A DNA stretch of 64,000 nt from Candidatus Daviesbacteria bacterium (GTDB taxonomy: Bacteria > Patescibacteriota > Microgenomatia > Daviesbacterales > UBA10151): contig JACOXI010000003.1 in the NCBI GenBank assembly GCA_016176335.1, positions 6,920 to 70,919 of the forward strand. The letters run 5' to 3'. This document shows positions 1 to 8,927 of this stretch, in pieces. The translations under genes and the position numbers were made by a program. The notes beneath the pieces are model-generated. The model ran no database searches. It was not told the origin of the DNA and saw only the letters and a list, made by a program, of their open reading frames with translations. Each line of letters starts with the position of its first letter. Positions within the stretch are counted from its first letter, which is position 1.

Positions 1-10
1 AGGACTGTTT

Positions 11-826
11 TTGGCAAATTTCTTTGGTGTTTTGAAACTCTCTTCCTATATTCCGGCGCTTTCCTTTCTGCCCACACAGAAGGATTTCCAAACTGTCACA
101 AAGGTCGGAGATAAAAAGATTACGGGCCGGGATTTTGATCAACAATTCAAGGCAACGCTGGGTTTGTATGCTCAAAAAGAAGCAAGCAATGACAAGTTGA
201 AAGAAAAGATTTTTAACAGTTTAGTTGAGAAAGAAATCGTCAAACTGGAAGCGGCAAAACTTGGCATTAGCGTCTCGCCGGAGGAGATCGAGAAAATATA
301 TCAGGAACGAGTTAAACAGACAGGAGGACAGGAAAAATACAATGATATTCTTAAAACCAATGGTTGGACAATTGATGAGCAAAAGGAGAAAATTCAAGAC
401 GAGCTCCTGAAAGAAAAAGTTGAGGATCAGGTGGTTGCCTGGCGGCTGGTTGAAGGAGCAAGTTTGTTCAAAGACACATCATCTTCTGACTTTGCAGTTC
501 AAAAGAAAAAAGCCCAAGACAGCCTGGAAAAGGTGCGGGCAGGTATGCTGGCAGGTAAAACACCAAAGGATGCTATAGAGGAGGCAAAAAAGGGTGGTTC
601 TGATAAGCTGATTCGCTATAATGAGCCTGTAAGGGTTATCAAAAGCGATAATTGGGACCCTGAGTTTATCCAAGCCTTTTTTGGGCTGACCAAAGGATCA
701 ATAAGTACGGTTATTAGCTCTGCCGGTGGCTCGTTTATGGTTGTTAAGATTGTTGATGCAAATGATGCTCCATACGCTTCTTACCAAGATTGGCTTGACA
801 GCGTGAAAAAAGACTACTTAAAGTAA
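11..826 (+). CDS. SurA/PrsA-like foldase (SurA N-terminal domain plus degenerate PPIase); probably starts upstream of the window
   Basis: LVEKEIVKLEAAKLGISVSPEEI is a SurA-N pattern; EFIQAFFGLTKGSISTVI resembles a parvulin C-terminus; frame is open to the window edge. Confidence 0.75.
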   Translation: MANFFGVLKLSSYIPALSFLPTQKDFQTVTKVGDKKITGRDFDQQFKATLGLYAQKEASNDKLKEKIFNSLVEKEIVKLEAAKLGISVSPEEIEKIYQERVKQTGGQEKYNDILKTNGWTIDEQKEKIQDELLKEKVEDQVVAWRLVEGASLFKDTSSSDFAVQKKKAQDSLEKVRAGMLAGKTPKDAIEEAKKGGSDKLIRYNEPVRVIKSDNWDPEFIQAFFGLTKGSISTVISSAGGSFMVVKIVDANDAPYASYQDWLDSVKKDYLK

Positions 827-898
827 TAAATATCTTGTATCTTGCTTTTTAACCTAATATATGGTATGAATAACTTATAGTTATTTTAGGAAGTACTT

Positions 899-1774
899 AT
901 GTTAGAGCAAGAACCAGGATTACAGACCAGAAGAGATTTTCTCATCAGGCTAGGCAGACTAGGCCTGGCAGGTGCAGGAGCAGCTCTGGCTGCCTCCATT
1001 CCCGGAAACATAGCCAGAGGAGATGGTTCTCCCACTCCCCCAAGCCCAATTCAATCAGGTCTGCTGTGTGAGGATCCGCGTTTTAAAGACAATCCAGAAG
1101 TCAAAATTAGCCATACCCATCTTTTGGGAAAGATAGTGGTCTTCCCTGATGAGCCGGAAGGGATCTTAGCAGTGGAAAAGGATGATTTTTATCATGATGG
1201 ACTGAAAAGACAGCTGGCCACAGCCCAGGGATTTTTTGAAAGGTTCATGGATATTAAGATTACTTCTGAAGTCCAGACAGATCCCAGGTATCTGATGTCT
1301 AAAATCCCTTACAGAGAATACATTGAAAGACGGTTCCAGGGTATTTCGCTAATTGATGTAGATTTGCCTAGGATCTACTATGATGGAACAACATACCCCA
1401 TATTTATTTTGATGTATATGGCTACTCCTGATCCCGGTGATAACCTGGAGTATCCCGGAACAAGAGGTTCTTACATAAGTTTTAATAATTCCAGGCGGGA
1501 CAGAGCAGGCACAGTGAGTATCCCCTGGCTTTTAGCAGAGAGATATGGACAGGCAGAACTCTTGTGGCACGAAATAGGCCATGCTTTTGGCATGGATCAT
1601 AACCCACACAATCCCAAAAGTATTATGGCTGTAGGTACAAATGTATCGCGATTGATATATGGTGTTGAGGAACCGGTTCTTGATAGCTACGATCTTGGCG
1701 GTATGTGCCCTTCATACAGGCCTTATGGCTACAAAATCCTCATACCTGCAGCTGCCAAGAACTACCAGCCTTAA
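899..1774 (+). CDS. Metzincin-type zinc metallopeptidase with twin-arginine-like signal
   Basis: TRRDFL plus hydrophobic stretch; HEIGHAFGMDH zinc motif; SIMA Met-turn. Confidence 0.75.
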   Translation: MLEQEPGLQTRRDFLIRLGRLGLAGAGAALAASIPGNIARGDGSPTPPSPIQSGLLCEDPRFKDNPEVKISHTHLLGKIVVFPDEPEGILAVEKDDFYHDGLKRQLATAQGFFERFMDIKITSEVQTDPRYLMSKIPYREYIERRFQGISLIDVDLPRIYYDGTTYPIFILMYMATPDPGDNLEYPGTRGSYISFNNSRRDRAGTVSIPWLLAERYGQAELLWHEIGHAFGMDHNPHNPKSIMAVGTNVSRLIYGVEEPVLDSYDLGGMCPSYRPYGYKILIPAAAKNYQP

Positions 1775-1797
1775 CTAATTAGTATTTCCCGGAGGTT

Positions 1798-1831
1798 CAC
1801 CTTCCAGGAGTCAAAGCCCACCTGGAAGGTG
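1798..1831. repeat. REP-like inverted repeat
   Basis: CACCTTCCAGG-N12-CCTGGAAGGTG, perfect 11-bp arms, no U-tract. Confidence 0.6.
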
Positions 1832-1841
1832 GCAGAAGTTA

Positions 1842-1870
1842 TTGACAGATTGCTAAAAAATCTCCATACT
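1842..1870 (+). promoter_or_regulatory. Sigma70 promoter, probably leaderless
   Basis: TTGACA-17-CATACT, 7 nt before GTG at 1878. Confidence 0.65.
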
Positions 1871-1877
1871 GAGGATA

Positions 1878-3896
1878 GTGAAAAATCTGCTGCTGTTGGT
1901 GGTGACTGTGCTTTTTTTGGGTGCTACTTGGCAGTTTTCTGCCAAAGAAGCTTGTGCTGCTCTGTGGGGAGGAGGATGTAGCCCGCCTGTTGCCTCTGAT
2001 CATCAAACCTGCCCTCTTTCAGGTGTCAGAGACGGAAGATGCGTCAGCTCAGTTGATTTGGTAGCCAACATTAACAGTAGAGGCAGTATGGCTCCCAATA
2101 CCACCATTAGTTTGAGTGTTTGGGATAATGACGGGTCCACTACTACTACTTCTGCCTGCTCTGATGTGTCCTGCCTGATGAGAGCGGACAATGAGTCAAC
2201 TGTTTGGGGAGGGGGAGAAGTAAGTACTTCAATCGCTTTGGATACCATAGGATGCAGTGCAGGAGATTGTGTGGATGCCAACGGCCAAGATTTATTTACG
2301 GTTTCCTTAACTTCCAATGACACAAATTGCACTAATCCCCCCATGCAGACAGTGGATCTATACAGTAGGAACGGACAAACAGTCACCAGAGACTTTACTT
2401 TCATATGTGCAAGGCCCCCGGCTCAAACCTGTACCATTCAAGGCTACAAAGTGATAATGCCGGGCAATCAACCAATTGAACCTGCTGCTTCGCAAACAGT
2501 GACTGTCAGCGGCAAAGGGTCGAGCACTGCTAACCCGTATTCTTTCTCAGACCTCGGTGCAGGAAATTATACTATTTCCACCACCACTCCCACAGGCTAT
2601 ATTCTAAACGGCTATACTCTTTGTACCAATGCCGCCAATTGCCACAACAACACCCCCACTGCCGGAAATTCTGTGACTGCCAACTGCCCTGCAGGCGGAT
2701 ATTTGGATCTCTGGTGGCACTACAGCCCCCAAAACCAGTTTGCAACTGTGGGCGGGCGGGCTACCAACAGCAATACCGGAGCAGGGATAGCGAGCGTGCA
2801 GTTGACTGTTTATAACTCTACTACCCAAACCTACAGATATCCTTTGACCAATTCTAACGGCTATTTCACAGTTACAGACCTTGTCAGGACAGGAGATTAC
2901 TATGCAGTGAGAGCACCCTTAACCACCGGCAGCGGAGGTTTTATTCTTAGTCCGGAGGTAAGTTATGAGAACCAGCGCCAGGGTACCGGGGATTGCGGGA
3001 CAAATTGTAACTTTACCTATAGGCCGGTCTCTGTAGGGGTGGACCTGAAGGCAAATGGATCAGATACTACAGTCAATATTGCCAGCGGAGAAACAGCCAC
3101 ACTGTCTTGGACTACCACCAATGCTTCCTCCTGCACAGCCTCAAGCTCGCCTTCAGACTCTACCTGGAGCGGTACCAAAACAACCGCAAACACCGCCGGA
3201 CAGAGAACCAGCGCTCTGACAGGTCCCAATACCTACACCTACACTCTGCGTTGCAGCAATGCCAGCGGCACTGTCTCCGCCCAAGACTCGGTATCGGTTA
3301 ACGTGGCCGCACCAGTTGCCTGTAACACTTTTTATGTCAGTCCCACTGCCGCAAGCTTAACCATCGGCGGCTCTTCCATGGGAGTTTTTGCCAATGGTCG
3401 TGACGGCACTGTCAGTTGGTCAACTGCCAACTCCTCAATTGCCCGAGTCAGCCCAACCAGCGGCAGCAGCACCCAAATCTCCCCCGGCACCACTTCTGGC
3501 ACCACCACCATCACTGCCACTGACGCAGGCACGGCCAGTTGCAGCGGAGAAACAGGCACTATCTCGGTAACGGTCTCCGCCCCTCTAAGCGGGGCACCTG
3601 TTAACCAACCCATACCGAGTGCTGCTCCAGGCGTAACCACCTATATAATAGAGGGTGTGGTTTTCCTTGACAGCAATAGAAATAGAATCAGAGATGCCAT
3701 AGAGGTCTGTTACCAGGGCCCTGTGCGTATTTCTTTGGGGACTACTTCTATCAATCACCTCCAGGATAGAGATTGCACCAATAAGTACAGGTTTTCCGGG
3801 ATACCTGTAGGGACTTACTCTCTTATTATGGATCCTGTAAATGATTGGGAGTCAACAATGTTGCCGCCGTGGACAGTAATATTTACAGTACCTTAA
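1878..3896 (+). CDS. Secreted Cys/Thr-rich multi-Ig-fold surface protein
   Basis: Signal peptide; beta-sandwich-like repeats; C-terminal IEGVVFLDSNRNRIRD resembles an SdrD-B start. Confidence 0.7.
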   Translation: MKNLLLLVVTVLFLGATWQFSAKEACAALWGGGCSPPVASDHQTCPLSGVRDGRCVSSVDLVANINSRGSMAPNTTISLSVWDNDGSTTTTSACSDVSCLMRADNESTVWGGGEVSTSIALDTIGCSAGDCVDANGQDLFTVSLTSNDTNCTNPPMQTVDLYSRNGQTVTRDFTFICARPPAQTCTIQGYKVIMPGNQPIEPAASQTVTVSGKGSSTANPYSFSDLGAGNYTISTTTPTGYILNGYTLCTNAANCHNNTPTAGNSVTANCPAGGYLDLWWHYSPQNQFATVGGRATNSNTGAGIASVQLTVYNSTTQTYRYPLTNSNGYFTVTDLVRTGDYYAVRAPLTTGSGGFILSPEVSYENQRQGTGDCGTNCNFTYRPVSVGVDLKANGSDTTVNIASGETATLSWTTTNASSCTASSSPSDSTWSGTKTTANTAGQRTSALTGPNTYTYTLRCSNASGTVSAQDSVSVNVAAPVACNTFYVSPTAASLTIGGSSMGVFANGRDGTVSWSTANSSIARVSPTSGSSTQISPGTTSGTTTITATDAGTASCSGETGTISVTVSAPLSGAPVNQPIPSAAPGVTTYIIEGVVFLDSNRNRIRDAIEVCYQGPVRISLGTTSINHLQDRDCTNKYRFSGIPVGTYSLIMDPVNDWESTMLPPWTVIFTVP

Positions 3897-3899
3897 GAT

Positions 3900-4145
3900 A
3901 TGAAAAAGAAAAAAAGCCAACGCAGGCTACATCCTCTATTTTTGATATTATTTTTTTTGGTAATGGGTCTTTTGCTGCTAATCTTTTTACGAAGAAGTTT
4001 TGTAACAGAGAAGGAGCAGCAAAAGGTCATAGATATCTCTTTACCGATCATTCCCAAAACAGTTGAGTCTGCTCCAGCAAGCGCCAGTAGCGTCCAAGCC
4101 CCTAAGGCAGTGCCGGTTGAACAATCTTTCGGGAGGGAGTTTTAA
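3900..4145 (+). CDS. Small single-TM hypothetical protein
   Basis: Basic N-terminus plus TM helix, tightly packed in operon. Confidence 0.55.
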   Translation: MKKKKSQRRLHPLFLILFFLVMGLLLLIFLRRSFVTEKEQQKVIDISLPIIPKTVESAPASASSVQAPKAVPVEQSFGREF

Positions 4146-4148
4146 GAT

Positions 4149-4604
4149 ATGCGGAAAATAACACCATTTTTAAAGGAAAATCTGTTTCTTTTAGTGGTGA
4201 TTTCGGTACTGGTAGCTTTGAGTACAATTTTTATTATTTGGAACAAGACTGTCTTTTTCTCCACCAAAACCGTGACGCCACCTCAAATTCCTCTGGCAAA
4301 CCCACCAATCCAAACACAAAGCCAGCTGCCTTTGACACCTCTACCACCAGCAGCGGAGGCCAACAAGACAGAAGTTTTTTTGGAAAAAGTGCGTGAGGCT
4401 ATATCTGCAGTTGTATTTAGAGGATTGGGAAAGAGTGTTGAGCCAACCCCTACCCCAGGGGTAAGTTCGCAAGGCAGTCCTACGGCAAATGAAGCAGGAA
4501 GCGTTCCCCTGGGCACAAAACCCTCCCAAGACAGTGTAGATACAGCTTCTACAGCAACTGAACCTAAGAGTGCATTTTCACCAAAGCCTGTGAGAATACC
4601 ATGA
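4149..4604 (+). CDS. Single-TM Pro/Thr-rich hypothetical protein
   Basis: N-terminal TM, low-complexity tail, ATGA overlap with next gene. Confidence 0.6.
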   Translation: MRKITPFLKENLFLLVVISVLVALSTIFIIWNKTVFFSTKTVTPPQIPLANPPIQTQSQLPLTPLPPAAEANKTEVFLEKVREAISAVVFRGLGKSVEPTPTPGVSSQGSPTANEAGSVPLGTKPSQDSVDTASTATEPKSAFSPKPVRIP

Positions 4605-5902
4605 TGATTTCCAAAAAGTTTCTTCCACTATCACTGGCAATTTTCTTTATTTTGTTCCTGTTTGCTTTATTCGCTTTTCCAAAAAGCAGTCCAGCTTATG
4701 CTGCTGCCCAGTGTGACCCATCTTTTGAGAAAAGCTGTGCCGGCGGTTGTATAGGAGCAAATGATATTTGCTGCGGCAGTGGTTATTGCACATTAGGGAA
4801 TCAGTGCGCCACTATTAACGGCAGGGCAGGTTGTATTCCTACCGGTTCGTCTGTCTGCGGCAACGGTTATTGTGAGCAGGGTTTAAACTGTGTCAGCACT
4901 ACCGCCGGATATCGCTGTGTGGAACCAGGCAGACAGCAATGCGGCAGCGGAAACTATTTTTGTTATGCAGGTAACACTTGTGTTAATGCCAGCATACCTC
5001 TTTGTTGTGGAAGTGGTCAGGTTCAATGCGGAACCGGTTGTGTACCGTCAGGGGTAAGCTGTTGTAATTTGCCTGGGACAAGTTACTATTGCCCTACCCC
5101 AGGTGATGTCTGCACAAATACCAATAATACTGTTGCCGGACTTTCTTGCATACCGCCAGGTTGGACTTCTTGCGGAGGAGGTTATGCTTGCCCGCTTAAC
5201 ACCTCTTGCAGTGGAAGTGGAAACACTGCTACTTGCTACGGATCTTTGGTTTTTCCTGTGCCCGGCAATGGTGAGATGCTTGACCAGCGGCAAGTTGTGT
5301 TTGATGCTGTGTTTGCGGAATCAGCGGACAGCCGTGCTACTGGCCAGACTTTTACACCCGCAGTTACCGGTTATCTAAAAAGAATAGTATTTGCTGTATG
5401 GGACATAAGCGGAAATCCTTCTGGTTTAGGGATACAAATAGTTAAAATCCAAGGTAGCTCATGGATAGGAACAGCAGAGGTGATTTCCAGGGAAATAGTA
5501 AAGAATGTAAGTCAATACAGCTTTGTTCAAGCAGAGTTTGCTGAAGGAGAGAGGCCGTTTTTACAGGCCGGAGGTTATTATGCAGTGGTAATCCGCAGTA
5601 CAGGAGGCAGTGGTTATTACAACTTAGCTATGTACGGCCCACATGCTTCTTCCCAGGGATATACCCGCGGAGACCTTTGTGGGTTTAATCTTAGTGGCAG
5701 CACTCCGACCCAAATTGCGCCTAGCTCTTGCTACGTTGGCGAGTATTTCCAGGTCCGTGATTTGGCCTTTTCAACTTATATGCTCCCTTCAAGAGAAACT
5801 GACTTAGGAGTCGCACCGCCTCCTGCTTTAGACCCCTGGATTCAGACCACCGGCGGGGATGTTCATTCCAATACCGGAATAAATACCCCGGGAGGACCAT
5901 GA
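4601..5902 (+). CDS. Secreted protein with Cys-rich repeats and a beta-rich C-terminal domain
   Basis: Signal peptide; repeated CGxGxC motifs; GQTFTP-containing domain; ends PWIQTTGGDVHSN. Confidence 0.7.
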   Translation: MMISKKFLPLSLAIFFILFLFALFAFPKSSPAYAAAQCDPSFEKSCAGGCIGANDICCGSGYCTLGNQCATINGRAGCIPTGSSVCGNGYCEQGLNCVSTTAGYRCVEPGRQQCGSGNYFCYAGNTCVNASIPLCCGSGQVQCGTGCVPSGVSCCNLPGTSYYCPTPGDVCTNTNNTVAGLSCIPPGWTSCGGGYACPLNTSCSGSGNTATCYGSLVFPVPGNGEMLDQRQVVFDAVFAESADSRATGQTFTPAVTGYLKRIVFAVWDISGNPSGLGIQIVKIQGSSWIGTAEVISREIVKNVSQYSFVQAEFAEGERPFLQAGGYYAVVIRSTGGSGYYNLAMYGPHASSQGYTRGDLCGFNLSGSTPTQIAPSSCYVGEYFQVRDLAFSTYMLPSRETDLGVAPPPALDPWIQTTGGDVHSNTGINTPGGP

Positions 5903-6705
5903 GAGAATTTAGAATTAAGGTTTTTTTAAATTGCTTTTTATTAGCTTTATTCTTGATTCTTGTCGCTTTATTCTACCATCCTACTTTTGCCCAAACCTCA
6001 ACATGTGGTGGTGGAACCGGGGACCGGGCCACTGGGCTGGTCTCTACTCCCCAACTTATGTCTGGTTCTAAATTTGGTACCACAACAGGAGCTTGTATAA
6101 TTGACCCCAAAACAGCTTTTGTCCCCTTTAAAATCCCAAGCTATGAAGATTTAAAATCACTTTATTATACCCAATCCAAAGCTACTAAAATAGATGCTAC
6201 ACCTGCCTCTGGTACGGCTAATCAAGGTACCATCAGATCTGCTTTGAACAGTTCTGATATCATACTGATCAGAGGAGATCTGAACCTCAACGGTAACTTG
6301 GGAGGAAGCCCAAAAACCGCTGTCATTTTGGTTGAAGGTAACCTGAATTTTGGAGGTAGCAATTTTACATTCGGTGATAACAACACGGGTGTTGTCTTTG
6401 TAGTAAGCGGTAATGTTAATATTGACCCAACGGTTACTCAAATAGATGCAATTATTATTGCCGGCGGAATAATTTGTACAGCTTCTGGCGGTTCTGTTTG
6501 TCCAACTGCTAATGTCCCGAACTCACAACCACTTGTGATTAATGGCAGCTTAATATCTTTAAATGAGTTAGCCTCTATTAAATTCAGGCGTTCGCTCGCT
6601 GATAATAGACGGCCAGCTGAAAAAATCAATCATCAAATCAAATATCTGGTAATTTTAAGAGATCTTTTGTCCGATACTTATCAAAAATGGTCAGAAATAC
6701 CCTAA
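5899..6705 (+). CDS. Secreted beta-rich protein, probably pilus-associated
   Basis: Signal peptide; V(F/I)xVxGN repeats; LVINGSLI; adjacent to a pilin gene. Confidence 0.6.
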   Translation: MREFRIKVFLNCFLLALFLILVALFYHPTFAQTSTCGGGTGDRATGLVSTPQLMSGSKFGTTTGACIIDPKTAFVPFKIPSYEDLKSLYYTQSKATKIDATPASGTANQGTIRSALNSSDIILIRGDLNLNGNLGGSPKTAVILVEGNLNFGGSNFTFGDNNTGVVFVVSGNVNIDPTVTQIDAIIIAGGIICTASGGSVCPTANVPNSQPLVINGSLISLNELASIKFRRSLADNRRPAEKINHQIKYLVILRDLLSDTYQKWSEIP

Positions 6706-7141
6706 AGAGTCATCAGCTATCAGACGTCAGTCGTCAGACATGAATACACATAAATTTAGAAAACTGAAAGTTTGGCAAAGATCAATTCAATTTGTAACTT
6801 TAATCTATAAAATTACTACTAAGTTTCCGAAAGAAGAAAAATATGGACTAGTAGATCAAATAAGAAGGGCTGCTGTGAGTATTTGTCTAAATATTGCCGA
6901 AGGCTCGGGATCAGGCTCTGATGCAGAATTTGTTAGGTTCTTAAGAATAGCACAGCGATCAGCTTATGAAGTAATTGCTGCATTAGAAATTACAATTAAT
7001 CTTAAAATGACGAACAAATCGGCATTAGATGGTGCTATAGTGGAGGTAGACCAGTTAAGCGCCATGCTTACTGGACTTATTAAAAGTCTGAAAGCTGACA
7101 GGTCCGATGTTAAATCGGACCGATACTGACGACTGAAGACT
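6704..7141 (+). mobile_element. Candidate element: four-helix-bundle gene between inverted heptamer arms
   Basis: Left arm AGTCATC/AGCTATC/AGACGTC/AGTCGTC at 6708-6739; right arm CTGAAAG/CTGACAG/CTGACGA/CTGAAGA at 7088-7141; ORF-less copies at 9523-9635, 33409-33487, 42347-42423 and 56705-56787. Confidence 0.55.
6740..7129 (+). CDS. Four helix bundle protein (23S rRNA IVS protein-like, TIGR02436 type)
   Basis: FRKLKVWQ, FPKEEKYGLVDQIRRAAVSICLNIAEG, FLRIAQRSAYE. Confidence 0.92.
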   Translation: MNTHKFRKLKVWQRSIQFVTLIYKITTKFPKEEKYGLVDQIRRAAVSICLNIAEGSGSGSDAEFVRFLRIAQRSAYEVIAALEITINLKMTNKSALDGAIVEVDQLSAMLTGLIKSLKADRSDVKSDRY

Positions 7142-7145
7142 ATTT

Positions 7146-8111
7146 ATGAAAAAAGGCTTCACCCTAATAGAGCTGCTTGTTGCTGTTTCGATTTTAGCAA
7201 TACTATCCACTATTGGTATTACTGCCTTCCAGGGAACTCAATCCAAGGCAAGAGATACTGTCAGAAAAAATGACCTGAATGTCCTGGCCACAGCTTTGGA
7301 GATATATCGTGAGCAAAATGGAAAATATATTGTTAACAGTGACGGAACAAATATTACCACCTGCCCTTCCTCATCTGACACCACTTCTCCATTTTATACA
7401 CAAATTGCAGCTAATTTATCCACCCCTGCCCCAAAAGACCCTAAAACAGGATCTTTCTACTGTTACATTTCAGTTAGCAATGGTCAATCCTTCAGGCTTT
7501 TTGCCGGGCTGGAAAATTGTAGTGGTTCAGGCGGTAATTTATGTGAATATACTAACTACAACTATACTGTTATTTCAGAAGATATAAGCTTAGCTTCTGC
7601 CCCGTCAGATTCGCTGATTGCAAGCGCACCAACTCCTACTCCTTCCCCTTCCCCAACTCCCACAGCCACAACTTCTCCCTCTCCTTCAGCCTCTCCCACA
7701 GCTTCCCCTTCCCCTTCCCCAACTCCTACTCCTACAGCTACCTATACCTATATTCAAACCAACGTGGGTTGTAGTACTCCTTTGGGTTTGACTCCTGACC
7801 AACTCTGCCAAAGAGAGGTTTCTTCTACCTCTCGCTCCCAAGCAGTGCCTGGCAGCAGTACCATAATGGCCAAGGGTTACTGGTGGCAAGAATGCGGCGG
7901 GGCTTCGGTAAGTGACTGTGTAGGGCTGGATTGCACAGTCAATCAGCTTGATTGTACCAATACTCCAGGGTTTTGGGGTACACAAATACCTTATCCCTCT
8001 CATTACCTAAAAACAGGTAATAACATCACAGTCTTTGATCCTGATTCTCTTGGTTGGAGTTGCGATGGTTTTAGTCCCGGTTGGACTATGAGGGTGTATT
8101 GCTCCCGTTAA
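7146..8111 (+). CDS. Type IV pilin/GspG-like prepilin with PT linker and Cys-rich C-terminal domain
   Basis: KKGFTLIELLV prepilin motif, ARDTVRKNDL, PKDP. Confidence 0.9.
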   Translation: MKKGFTLIELLVAVSILAILSTIGITAFQGTQSKARDTVRKNDLNVLATALEIYREQNGKYIVNSDGTNITTCPSSSDTTSPFYTQIAANLSTPAPKDPKTGSFYCYISVSNGQSFRLFAGLENCSGSGGNLCEYTNYNYTVISEDISLASAPSDSLIASAPTPTPSPSPTPTATTSPSPSASPTASPSPSPTPTPTATYTYIQTNVGCSTPLGLTPDQLCQREVSSTSRSQAVPGSSTIMAKGYWWQECGGASVSDCVGLDCTVNQLDCTNTPGFWGTQIPYPSHYLKTGNNITVFDPDSLGWSCDGFSPGWTMRVYCSR

Positions 8112-8136
8112 AGCTATTGATACTGAAGACTGACAA

Positions 8137-8847
8137 CTATTTCCCAAAATTGCGCTTTTGATTCTGATACCAAACAACGGCCTTTTTAAATTCATTCTCA
8201 TCAAAATCCGGCCATAGGGTTTTGGTAAAATAAAACTCGCTGTAGGCTGTTTGCCAAAGTAAAAAATTGGAAAGTCTACTTCTGCCTCCGGTTCTAATCA
8301 AAAGCTCCGGATCTCTCTGTCCATTGGTATATAAATGCCTTTCCACTATCTCCTCATTAATCTTTTTAACTTCAATCCCCTTTTTAACAATCTCTTTGAT
8401 AGCGGAAAGCAGTTCTTTTTTACCTCCATAATTTAAAGCTATATTTAATTTGATGGACTCATTTTTAAGATATGCCTTTCTAATTCTATCGATAATTTTT
8501 ATAATAGTTTGGGGCAAGCCTTGCACCTCACCTAAAATTGTCACCCTGACTCCTTTTTTTATCATCTTCTTTAATCTGCTGTGATAACCTTTTCGGAATA
8601 GATTGAACAATCCCAGTACCTCTCTTTTGGCCCTTTCCTTAATATTCTCTGTTGATAGCGCATAAACTGTAATGGTTTTAACTCCTAATTTTTCTGATTC
8701 ATCAACAATTTTTTCCAACACTTCTGCTCCTTTCTCATGACCTTTCATGTCAGACAGACCCTTGGATCTGGCCCACCGTCTGTTACCATCCATGATTATT
8801 GCTATGTGACTTGGTATGTTTTTAGTACTTAAGTTTTTTTTATCCAT
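8137..8847 (-). CDS. uppS: Undecaprenyl diphosphate synthase
   Basis: HIAIIMDGNRRWA, LSTEN, IRTGGRSRLSNFLLWQ. Confidence 0.95.
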   Translation of the reverse strand: MDKKNLSTKNIPSHIAIIMDGNRRWARSKGLSDMKGHEKGAEVLEKIVDESEKLGVKTITVYALSTENIKERAKREVLGLFNLFRKGYHSRLKKMIKKGVRVTILGEVQGLPQTIIKIIDRIRKAYLKNESIKLNIALNYGGKKELLSAIKEIVKKGIEVKKINEEIVERHLYTNGQRDPELLIRTGGRSRLSNFLLWQTAYSEFYFTKTLWPDFDENEFKKAVVWYQNQKRNFGK

Positions 8848-8857
8848 GTTTCAAATA

Positions 8858-8927
8858 GATTTATGATTTATGAGATATGAGTTATGATTAAATTCATAAA
8901 TCTTAAATCATTGTTCATAAATCACTT
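8858..8927. repeat. Inverted heptamer array, GATTTAT-type
   Basis: 7-nt periodic arms facing each other; 8899-8927 is the exact reverse complement of 54492-54520. Confidence 0.75.

Noticed and set aside
6740-7129. Diversity-generating retroelement (Avd-like fold)
   Set aside because: No reverse transcriptase and no template/variable repeat pair with adenine-specific mismatches seen in the window
7625-7745. Tandem repeat in the pilin gene
   Set aside because: Ordinary Pro/Ser/Thr linker at the protein level
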